Below are positions 40,380-49,905 of a DNA stretch of 49,905 nt, in pieces; positions within the stretch are counted from its first letter, which is position 1; each line of letters opens with the position of its first letter. Origin of the DNA: Pseudomonadota bacterium (GTDB lineage: Bacteria > Pseudomonadota > Alphaproteobacteria > Rhodobacterales > Rhodobacteraceae); NCBI GenBank assembly GCA_037134595.1, contig JBAXLX010000001.1, positions 1 through 49,905 of the forward strand, given 5' to 3'. Under the pieces are notes generated by a model. That model saw only the letters and a list, made by a program, of their open reading frames with translations. It was not told the origin of the DNA and searched no databases. The position numbers and the translations under genes are program-made.

Positions 40380-41258
40380 TCAGGCGGCAAATGTGGGGTC
40401 GGCAGCGCGCCGATCAAGGGCGCGGGCGATCAGCGCATCAAAGTCAGCGGGAGAGGCTATCGCCGCCACCTCCTCTGCCGTCACCGTCACGCCCCAGCGC
40501 GCCATCGCGGCATAGCGCGGTTGGCGGCTTTCCAGCAGACGGGCATAGCCAAAGCGCAAGAAGGCGTCGGGGTCGACCTGATCGGGGCCTTTGCCTTCTT
40601 GGGCCAGATACTCGCCCCAGACCTGCATCAAAAAGTCCGGGCGGTAATACATCGGCTTGGGCGCACGGTCAAACCGGCGGCACAGCTCGTCGCGGTGGGC
40701 TTCTGAGCCTTTGATCCAGACCAGCAGCAAATTGGCCGATATCTCGCGCAGGACCGGATCGTTGGCGTCAGAGCCGTCAACCACCTCGCAGATCGACCCT
40801 GAGGTGTCGCAAATGAAATTCGCATAGCCGTAGATGTCTTGCGCGCGGGCAATAAAGCGCGTGGTGTCCAGCATGGCCGCGACCTCGGCCTTGGCGTGCT
40901 GGGCTTGGCGGCGTTGGTATTCGCCCAAAGCCAGCCCGCCTTTGGCCGGATCGCCCGGTTTGCCAAGATAGGTCGACAGCGGTGCGAGATTTTCAAAGGT
41001 GATGTTCGAGGCGATAAAAACCGAATCCGTCATCAACAATTCGCGCAGCAAGGGCACTTTCATCGCCTCGCGCTTGAAATTATCGGCGATGAACTCGTTC
41101 ATATAGCGCGTGCCGATGCGGTAATCGACCGAGTAGTGAAACCACCCCGCCCCACGCATCAGGTTCGACAGATAGGTCTTGCCCAAGCCAGACATGCCAA
41201 AGAGCAGCACCTGTTTGTGCGGGGCTTGTGCGTAGTCTTGGGCGGTTTGATAGATCAT
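40380..41258 (-). CDS. P-loop ATPase/kinase-like conserved protein
   Basis: GMSGLGKT Walker A, SVDYRIGTRY, DTSGSICE. Confidence 0.85.
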   Translation of the reverse strand: MIYQTAQDYAQAPHKQVLLFGMSGLGKTYLSNLMRGAGWFHYSVDYRIGTRYMNEFIADNFKREAMKVPLLRELLMTDSVFIASNITFENLAPLSTYLGKPGDPAKGGLALGEYQRRQAQHAKAEVAAMLDTTRFIARAQDIYGYANFICDTSGSICEVVDGSDANDPVLREISANLLLVWIKGSEAHRDELCRRFDRAPKPMYYRPDFLMQVWGEYLAQEGKGPDQVDPDAFLRFGYARLLESRQPRYAAMARWGVTVTAEEVAAIASPADFDALIARALDRRAADPTFAA

Positions 41259-41280
41259 CGGCGTTGCGTCCTGTGGCCAA

Positions 41281-41344
41281 AGCCGGGGGGTTTCACACCC
41301 CCCGGACCCCCCGTGGAGTATTTGTGCCTCGGTGAAGGGGCGGG
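41281..41344 (-). repeat. Short interspersed intergenic repeat, copy 2
   Basis: Reverse complement matches 38433..38499. Confidence 0.85.
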
Positions 41345-41376
41345 TGATCGGGGTTTAGCGTGATCTGCGCCCGCTT

Positions 41377-42300
41377 TCACGCGGAAAATCGCGCCGCCAG
41401 CCAAAGAAGGGGGCGACCGTCCAGCACGATCATGCCTGCCATCAAAAGCACCATGCCGCCAAAGGCTTGGGGCGGCAGGGTTTCGCCAAACAGCACCGCG
41501 CCGAACACCACCGCACAGGGCGCGATCAGCAAGGTCACAAGACCCAGATTGCCCGCACCCGCCTGTTGCAGGATGGTGTAAAACAGCCGGTAGGCCAATG
41601 CCGAGGCGATGACGGCAAGATACAGCAAAGCGGCCCAAGTTTGCGCTTGGGGCAGGGGGGGCAGGCCCCCCAAGGCCAGCGCTGCGGGAACCATAATCAG
41701 GGCCGACGCGGTCAGCATCCCTGCCGCCCCAACCTCTGGCCGGATGCCTTTGAGCGCTTGGCGGCCAAAGGCCGCCGCTCCGGCATAAGACATCCCCGCG
41801 CCCAAGATCGCCAATTGGCCCAGCGAGGTCAGGTCAAGATGCCGAAGCGCCGCAGGGCCGATCACCACCGCCACCCCCGCCAGCCCCAAGATCACACCGA
41901 TCAGGCGGCGCGGCCCCAGGCGTTCATCGGGAAAAAGTGCTGCCGCCAGCAAGACCGAGAAAAGTGCTGTCGACGCATTCAATATCCCCGCCAGTCCCGA
42001 GGGAATATGGGTTTGCCCCCAGACGATCAGGCTAAAGGGGATGATGTTGTTGAACACCCCCAAGACCAGCGCGCTGCGGGCAAAGGCCCATGTCTTGGGC
42101 ACGGGCAATCGCGCCAGCGCGATATAGGCCCACAGCACAAGTGCGGCCCCGCTGACGCGAAAAGCCACCACGCTTGCCACGGGCATTTGCGCGAGGGCTG
42201 CATGGTTGGCCGTGAAAGACCCGCCCCAGATCAGCGCCAGAAGAAGCAAAAGGCCCCAGCCTTTCATGGTCAGATGGCGTTGGGCGATGGGCGCTGTCAT
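41377..42300 (-). CDS. DMT (EamA) family transporter
   Basis: IWGGSF, VAFRV, ~10 transmembrane helices, LFGETL. Confidence 0.9.
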   Translation of the reverse strand: MTAPIAQRHLTMKGWGLLLLLALIWGGSFTANHAALAQMPVASVVAFRVSGAALVLWAYIALARLPVPKTWAFARSALVLGVFNNIIPFSLIVWGQTHIPSGLAGILNASTALFSVLLAAALFPDERLGPRRLIGVILGLAGVAVVIGPAALRHLDLTSLGQLAILGAGMSYAGAAAFGRQALKGIRPEVGAAGMLTASALIMVPAALALGGLPPLPQAQTWAALLYLAVIASALAYRLFYTILQQAGAGNLGLVTLLIAPCAVVFGAVLFGETLPPQAFGGMVLLMAGMIVLDGRPLLWLAARFSA

Positions 42301-42371
42301 GGTGGATCTCGTTTTGCTCTATGCGGCCTTTTGGGGCAGGGTCGGTCGGCAGTCCACCCGAAAGCTGCGGT

Positions 42372-43247
42372 TTAGGCGGGGGCGGGCATGGAGCTTTGGG
42401 CGCGGATGTTCAGCAAGATGCCGGCAAAGATCACAACGCCGCCCAAGAGCACAAAGGGATCAAAGGCTTCGGCGTAAAACAGCGCCCCGATCACCGCAAT
42501 CAGCGGCAGGCGCAGAAAGTCGATCGGTGCGACAAAGCCAGCGGGGGCCAGCGACAGGGCCGAGGTTAAGCTTAGATGCGCCACCACCCCGCATACCCCG
42601 ATCAGCCCCAGCCATGGCAGGGTTTGCGCCGTAGGCCAAGTGATATGGCCGTCGATGCCAGCGCCGATCAGGCCGAAGAAAAACTGCATCAAGGTCAGCC
42701 AGAACAAAATACCAATCACGCTCACCCCGCGTGTCAACCGCTTGGTCATGATCGACACCGCCGCAAAGGCCACCGCCGCCCCTGCTGCGGCCAACACCCC
42801 CCAGTTCAGGCTTTGCGCGGTGGGGTGGGCGACTATCAAAATCCCCGCAAAGCCCAAAGCCGCTGCGCCAAGGCGCAGGGGGGTCAGCCTTTCGCCCAGA
42901 AAGATCGGCGAGAGCAGAATAACCCAAAGCGGCGAGGTAAACTCTATCGCAAAGACCTGTGCGAGGGGGATCAAAGTTATGGCGATGAACCACAGGTTTT
43001 GCCCGGCAAAATGCACGATATTGCGCAAGGCATGGCCCGATAGACGTTGGCTTGACACTTCGTGCAAGCGCCCAGTCATCAGGCCCACGATCACCACCAA
43101 ACAAAACCCCACGGCAGAGCGGACGGTGAGCACCTCAAAACTGTCATGCACGGTTTCGACATTGCGCGCGGCGATGGCGATCAGGGAAAAAGACACCACC
43201 GACCCCATCATCCACACCGCAGCCTTGGTCAGGCGCGCGTCAGCCAT
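42372..43247 (-). CDS. DMT (EamA) family transporter
   Basis: FAIEFTSPLW, FLGERL, APIDFLRLP; ATG 43247 overlaps the MFS stop. Confidence 0.88.
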   Translation of the reverse strand: MADARLTKAAVWMMGSVVSFSLIAIAARNVETVHDSFEVLTVRSAVGFCLVVIVGLMTGRLHEVSSQRLSGHALRNIVHFAGQNLWFIAITLIPLAQVFAIEFTSPLWVILLSPIFLGERLTPLRLGAAALGFAGILIVAHPTAQSLNWGVLAAAGAAVAFAAVSIMTKRLTRGVSVIGILFWLTLMQFFFGLIGAGIDGHITWPTAQTLPWLGLIGVCGVVAHLSLTSALSLAPAGFVAPIDFLRLPLIAVIGALFYAEAFDPFVLLGGVVIFAGILLNIRAQSSMPAPA

Positions 43248-44490
43248 GCGGCGTGCCGTCAAGCGTGTCGGCACGGCGTAGGGCAGGGAACATCCATGCC
43301 CAACCGCCCGTCACAAGGATCGTGCCAATGCCGCCCAAAGCTGCGGCCATAACGGGGCCAACAAAGCGCGACAAAACGCCGCTTTCAAACTCTCCGAGCT
43401 CGTTCGAGCCCGAGATGAACAGGCCCGACACCGCCGAAACACGACCCCGCATATGGTCGGGGGTGACGATCTGAATCAGGGTTTGGCGCACGTTCACCGA
43501 AATCATATCGCCCGCCCCCAGCACCGCCAGCGCCAGCAACGAGAGTGGCAAAGAGCGCGAATAGGCAAAGACCACGGTCGACAGGCCAAAGGCCGCCACG
43601 CCCAAAAACATCTTCACCCCGGCTTTGCGCTGGATCGGGCGAAAGGTCAGATAGGTTGACATGGCCAATCCCCCCACCGCAGGCCCCATGCGCAACAGCG
43701 CGTTGCCCATCGGCCCGACGTTCAAAATATCGGTGGCAAAGGCGGGCAGCAGGGCCGTGGCCCCGCCCAAAAGCACGGCGAACAGGTCAAGCGAGATGGC
43801 CCCGAAGACCACTTTGTTTTCCCAAACATAGGCCAGCCCCTCGACCACAAGGGTGATGGGATGGCCCTGTTGGCGTTCCGGCGTGGTGTTCACGCCGATC
43901 GCCGCGATCATCGCAATGCCAAGGGCGTAGGTCAAAGCCGTCACCCCGTAGGCCAAGGGGATCGAGCCTGCAATCAATAGACCACCGATAAAGGGGCCCA
44001 CGATCACACCCGTCATCCAGATCGTGGTCGAAAACGAAATCGCGGTGGGCATATCAGAGCGTGCGACCAACATGGGCACAAGGGCCGAGGCGGCGGGCGA
44101 TAAAAAGGCACGCGCCGCCCCAAAAAGCCCGGCGATGATAAAGATCGGCACCAGACCTGCGCTGGGTTGTAACGAAAGTGCCGTCAGGGCGATAACGCCG
44201 ACAGCCTCGGCCAAGAGCGCCCAGATCACAATCGCCTTGCGGCTGTAACGGTCGGCGGCGGTGCCGGCAAACAGCGTCAGGGCGAACATCGGCAGGAATT
44301 GGCACAGGCCCACCATACCCACCATAAAGGCACTTTCCTCGATGGATCGGGTTTGGCGGGCGATGTGGTAAACCTGCCACGCCAGAGTAATCGCCTCGAT
44401 CTGGGTGCCGAATTGAATGGGGATCATGCCCAGAAAATAGCGCCGATAGTCTGTGTGGCGGGATAGAAATTGAAGCGGATTGTCAGACAT
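43240..44490 (-). CDS. MFS transporter
   Basis: AGTAADRYSRK motif A, LDLFAVLLGGATALLP, PDHMRGRV, SNELGEFESG. Confidence 0.92.
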   Translation of the reverse strand: MSDNPLQFLSRHTDYRRYFLGMIPIQFGTQIEAITLAWQVYHIARQTRSIEESAFMVGMVGLCQFLPMFALTLFAGTAADRYSRKAIVIWALLAEAVGVIALTALSLQPSAGLVPIFIIAGLFGAARAFLSPAASALVPMLVARSDMPTAISFSTTIWMTGVIVGPFIGGLLIAGSIPLAYGVTALTYALGIAMIAAIGVNTTPERQQGHPITLVVEGLAYVWENKVVFGAISLDLFAVLLGGATALLPAFATDILNVGPMGNALLRMGPAVGGLAMSTYLTFRPIQRKAGVKMFLGVAAFGLSTVVFAYSRSLPLSLLALAVLGAGDMISVNVRQTLIQIVTPDHMRGRVSAVSGLFISGSNELGEFESGVLSRFVGPVMAAALGGIGTILVTGGWAWMFPALRRADTLDGTPHG

Positions 44491-44579
44491 GGGTCACCTG
44501 CGCCTTGCGCGCGGACCATGGCGAGGGCGCGGGGCAACCGCAAGGGTGAAATGGTTCAAAGTCGCACGGGCGGTATGAC

Positions 44580-44631
44580 TGGAGGGCTGCGCGCCCTCCA
44601 GACCTCTGCGGGATATTTGGGCAAGTATGAA
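44580..44631 (-). repeat. Diverged member of the same intergenic repeat family
   Basis: Hairpin TGGAGGGC-tgcgc-GCCCTCCA then gacctctgcgggatatttgggcaagtatgaa, same layout as 41281..41344. Confidence 0.55.
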
Positions 44632-44635
44632 AGGG

Positions 44636-45625
44636 TTAGGGCAGGATCAAGACTTTGACGTCATTAGGCAGGGGCGGCTGGCTGATGGCTTGGACGGCCT
44701 GATCCAGCGGGATTTGGCGCGAGATAAGCGGGGCCACTTGGATGGCGCCAGAGGCGATGAGGTGCGCGGCGCGGCCTTGGGTGAAGGGGTTGAGGAAAGA
44801 ATACAGCAGGCTGATTTCGCGAAACAGCAGATCGAAGGGTTCGATAGGGACGGTGGCCCCTTTGGGCAGCACCCCCAAGATCACCACGCGCCCCCCCGCG
44901 GCACACAGGGCGGGCGCGCCCGCCACCGTTTCGGGCACGCCTGCGCATTCCAGCACAAGATTGGCCCCCTGTGGCCAAAGCGCAAGGGCGCCGGGCAGGG
45001 TGGCGGCGGTGACATCTGCGCCGATATCTTCGGCCAAACGGCGCTTGGCGGCTTGGCGGGTCACCAGCATCACCTCGGCCCCCGCAAGCTTGGCCAATTG
45101 CACGGCCAATTGCCCGATCACCCCGCCGCCCAGAACCATCACCCGCTCACCCGGCTTTGGTGCCCCCAGATCCACCCCGTGCAACGTGCAGGCCAAAGGT
45201 TCGCAAAAGGCCCCGAAAAGCGGGTTCAGATCGGGCGGCAGCACATGGGCGCGGTGGGCGGGCAAGCTGGCATACGTGGCAAAGCCGCCGTCGTCATGAA
45301 TGCCAATAGCACGGTTGTGGGGGCACAGGTTGACTTTGCCGGCACGACAAAAAGCACAGCTGCCGCAGGGGCAATTCGGGTCGCAAGCCACGCGCGCCCC
45401 CAAGGGCAAATCCACACCGCTGCCTTTCGCGGTCACGATGCCGCTGAATTCATGGCCAAGGGTGACGGGCGGCGCACAGGGAAACTCTCCCTTAAAAAGG
45501 TGCCGGTCAGTTCCACAAATTCCTGCTGCCTCGACACGGATGACGATCTGTGCAGCGCTTGGCGCGGGGACACCAATCCGTGTCAGGCGCAGATCCCCCG
45601 GGGCATATAGTCTGACGGCTTGCAT
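44636..45625 (-). CDS. Zinc-dependent alcohol/polyol dehydrogenase
   Basis: GICGTD, GHEFSG, CxxCxxC...C structural Zn site, GGGVIG. Confidence 0.92.
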   Translation of the reverse strand: MQAVRLYAPGDLRLTRIGVPAPSAAQIVIRVEAAGICGTDRHLFKGEFPCAPPVTLGHEFSGIVTAKGSGVDLPLGARVACDPNCPCGSCAFCRAGKVNLCPHNRAIGIHDDGGFATYASLPAHRAHVLPPDLNPLFGAFCEPLACTLHGVDLGAPKPGERVMVLGGGVIGQLAVQLAKLAGAEVMLVTRQAAKRRLAEDIGADVTAATLPGALALWPQGANLVLECAGVPETVAGAPALCAAGGRVVILGVLPKGATVPIEPFDLLFREISLLYSFLNPFTQGRAAHLIASGAIQVAPLISRQIPLDQAVQAISQPPLPNDVKVLILP

Positions 45626-45994
45626 GGCACCCTCCGGTTTGTATCAGGCGCAAGGTCTGACGCCGCGTCAAGGGCCTGATGCATGGGGCTTTGTCAACTG
45701 AAAGGGCCGGGGTCGTGTGTTGCGACAGCTCCCCCAAAAAGAGCGACCGCGGGACGGTCACTGCATGGCCCGCACGTCCTGGGCATGCTTCCCGCTGGGC
45801 TTTTACCCCAAGGCACGGCTGCCGACAGTTCAGCGATGTGACGAAGCAGGGTTTTGCGGGTTGGTGGTCGACCATGCCGAATCACCCTTGTTGCAAGCCA
45901 GACACAGGCGCAGTTTAAAATAATTTAGATGATTGTTGGCAACTATGTTGGCACTTTAACAACGAAAGTCATGCGGTTCACGAAAAGGCAAACC

Positions 45995-46588
45995 ATGCGT
46001 CATATCCTTCTTGCCCTTTCGACCGTCGCTGCCGCGGCATCTGCGGCAACTGCGCAGGATGTCCCTTGGAAAGGGGCCTATGGTGGCCTGACAAGGGCAA
46101 ATAACCTGGGCGACGATGATTATAGCATCGACCTTTCTTATGATCTTGAAGGGCAAACCACGGGCGCTTTCGCTGGGTACCTTTGGGCCAAAAACAAGAT
46201 GGTTTATGGCGTGGAGACGGCCGTAACACTCGGAAAAGTTTATGAGGTTGAAAAAGACGGGAGCTTCCGTTTCGAGGATGACTACCAATATGAACGTTTC
46301 TTCGACCTGAAGGGCCGTTTTGGCTATTCTGCGGGGCACGTTTTGCTTTATAGCCTGCTGGGCCTGTCGCACACCGACTTTCGGGCCGATATGCGGCGGG
46401 CTTATGAAATCGACACAAGCACCAATGGCCTTATGTATGGTGTGGGTGCTGACTACAGGGTGGCGGGGCAAACCTTCATCGGTGTGGAATACCTGCGCCG
46501 CAGCTACGACTTTTACGAGCCGCTGCAAGATGTGGATATTTCATCGAAGATCAACACCTTGACCCTGCGCGTCGGGATGGAATTCTGA
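45995..46588 (+). CDS. Outer-membrane beta-barrel protein (Omp25/RopB-like)
   Basis: Signal peptide ending ATA-Q, WKGAYGG, FAGY, KGRFGY, YGVGADY, terminal Phe. Confidence 0.85.
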   Translation: MRHILLALSTVAAAASAATAQDVPWKGAYGGLTRANNLGDDDYSIDLSYDLEGQTTGAFAGYLWAKNKMVYGVETAVTLGKVYEVEKDGSFRFEDDYQYERFFDLKGRFGYSAGHVLLYSLLGLSHTDFRADMRRAYEIDTSTNGLMYGVGADYRVAGQTFIGVEYLRRSYDFYEPLQDVDISSKINTLTLRVGMEF

Positions 46589-46954
46589 CGTGTGCTCTCT
46601 GTGTCAGCCTGCGCAGCGATGCCCAGACGATTGGGCAGCCGTTGTATTTTAGTCTAACCGCGATGTCTTTGCACAGGCCCTTAGACAAAGCGTGCGACGG
46701 CTTTGGCTGCGCAGACAGCTGTGCCCAAAGCCTGCTTTGCAGCGTAAAAGGGGTCTCATTCGACAAAGAGGAAGCGGGGCATTTGGTCTGATAAACAAGC
46801 CAAGGAAGCGGCGGCCGTTTGTGCCGCAACGGTTTTGAACAGTCCTATGGCAGCCGTTTGCCGCGCGCTGACGGCTGTTTGCGATGGACGAAAGCGGCAG
46901 AGTTTGATGATTGTTATCAAAAAACCCCTGTCCAAATGACAGCCCCCTTTCCCG

Positions 46955-47153
46955 CAGATGGTGCAAAGACGCTTTGGGCCTGTCGTGGCAGATCATCCCT
47001 CAGGCCCTGCCAAGGGGTTTTCCGGCAGGCGGAGCGGTGGCGGAACAGGTCTTTGCGGAGATGATGCAGATGCAAAAGATTGATGTGGAAGCGATGGAGG
47101 CGGCGATGCAGGGAGTGATTTTTCGCAGAAAAATCGCGCATCGGGGTGGGTGA
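46955..47153 (+). pseudogene. C-terminal fragment of a VOC/PhnB-like protein
   Basis: WCKDALGLSWQIIP...MMQMQKIDVEAMEAA; the N-terminal two thirds are absent. Confidence 0.7.
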
Positions 47154-47316
47154 GTTTGGTTGTCGTGCACAAAAGCGTCCTTAGGCCACACCATCGCCCG
47201 AAGTCAGTCGCGCTAAAAGATTGATGGATCCAGTTTAGTCAAATGACCGTTTTCAAACCGAGGACTGACGCCCAACACCTCTGAGTCCACATATTTTTAG
47301 GTAATACTATCGCTGA

Positions 47317-47985
47317 TCAATTTCCCAGCGGTCCTTGGAAATCAAATATATCATAATCTTTTTTGTAGAAGGCGCGCAATTTGTCTATGGCATTTGGGCT
47401 GAGATCCGCCACGCTCATCTGCGGCCCAAGATTCTGCTCTTTCGTTAAGTTCAACTCCATTCCCGTTCTGTCGCACAATTCAGTAACGAGCAAAGGCAAT
47501 TCCCCGATCGAAAACAAACGGTCATACTGGTGCGGATCAGACCCCAGAAAGAACACATGGGGTTTGGTGTGATGTGCGATGCTGCGTGATGCGCGACAAT
47601 AAAGTTCTAAACGCTCGACAAATACGTCAAGCGAGGGTTTGGGAAGCGCGCCTTCTTTTACAAAGTTTGCCGCTATGAAACGTTCATCAAGCTCATGATG
47701 ATGCAGGACACGGTTGCGATAGCAAGAGACCAATCTCTGCAAAGGATCACGCACAACGGCGAATTTCCAGTAAGAACTGGCGTCGGATAGTTCATTGGGG
47801 TTGAATGCTTTGCAACCGTAAAAGTTGTGGACGTGAAACACCGAACCATTTCTCACCAAATTCACAAAATTCGATTTATTTTCGATATAATAAAACATGT
47901 TTTTAAGTGACGTGCAGGCATTCTTCGGCACAGAGGTATAGCTAATTTTCCATTTCGGCGAAAAGTGGGCCATCGGCTTTCCCAT
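47317..47985 (-). CDS. Sulfotransferase family 2 protein
   Basis: 5'-PSB-like VPKNACTSLK, 3'-PB-like VRDPLQRLVSCY, FYKKDYDIF tail; AT-rich. Confidence 0.85.
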   Translation of the reverse strand: MGKPMAHFSPKWKISYTSVPKNACTSLKNMFYYIENKSNFVNLVRNGSVFHVHNFYGCKAFNPNELSDASSYWKFAVVRDPLQRLVSCYRNRVLHHHELDERFIAANFVKEGALPKPSLDVFVERLELYCRASRSIAHHTKPHVFFLGSDPHQYDRLFSIGELPLLVTELCDRTGMELNLTKEQNLGPQMSVADLSPNAIDKLRAFYKKDYDIFDFQGPLGN

Positions 47986-48109
47986 ATAAAATTTTACGTA
48001 TTAATAAATATTCGCAATGGTAGGATTGCGGTCAAACAAGAAAAGATTGGAATTTTCCAAAATCAGGTGACACGTTTGAACTTCACCTGTCAAGTCACCT
48101 GCCGCGCGC

Positions 48110-49669
<1,560 letters not shown>

Positions 49670-49905
49670 GCGCCCGATTAGCTTTTGGGGGCCAACCTTG
49701 CAAGGGGCGCTCTGCTTTTCGCCTGCCCGTCAAACAGGTCGTTTCCGATCCTCCCCCATGTCGGTTTTGGAGCGTAAGCGGCGCAAACAAAGACCCTTTG
49801 GCCCGCCATTCCCGCCATACAGGGCCAAACTTTCCGGAGATGGATCATGAACTTTAGATGACATTGCAGTTGCAGCAATACTGAAAATGCTGTTTTTTAA
49901 AAATG

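Overview
Chromosomal window from a GC-rich alphaproteobacterium; gene content and style suggest Rhodobacteraceae (inference). Core blocks: accC-accB; preT-preA with a DMSP-lyase-family cupin and an LLM oxidoreductase; phoR-pstCAB-phoU-phoB, where pstS appears deleted down to a short C-terminal remnant; trpG-trpD; a BaiN-like flavoprotein, kdsA, sseB, rplM-rpsI; a polyamine-type ABC transporter with no binding-protein gene; ppk2-metA-ATPase; two DMT and one MFS transporter; a Zn dehydrogenase; guaA. An accessory zone spans about 14.8-31.1 kb. Its left part is a lower-GC surface-glycan locus: a 1219-aa TPR/GT2/RgpF-like/sulfotransferase-like fusion and a sulfotransferase-like gene cut by an IS3-like remnant. 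Its right part is a 7,575-bp integrative element at the 3' end of tRNA-Gln(UUG), the most interesting feature here. It encodes a tyrosine integrase and a compact 506-aa polymerase-like protein that mixes family-A DNA polymerase and T7-type RNA polymerase motifs, with no helicase or phage structural genes. It also has paired TGGGGCAG arm-like sites at both ends, repeated C(UUCG)G hairpins, and a ~550-bp terminal direct repeat that duplicates a whole lipoprotein gene. All calls come from reading the sequence by eye; no database searches were run.
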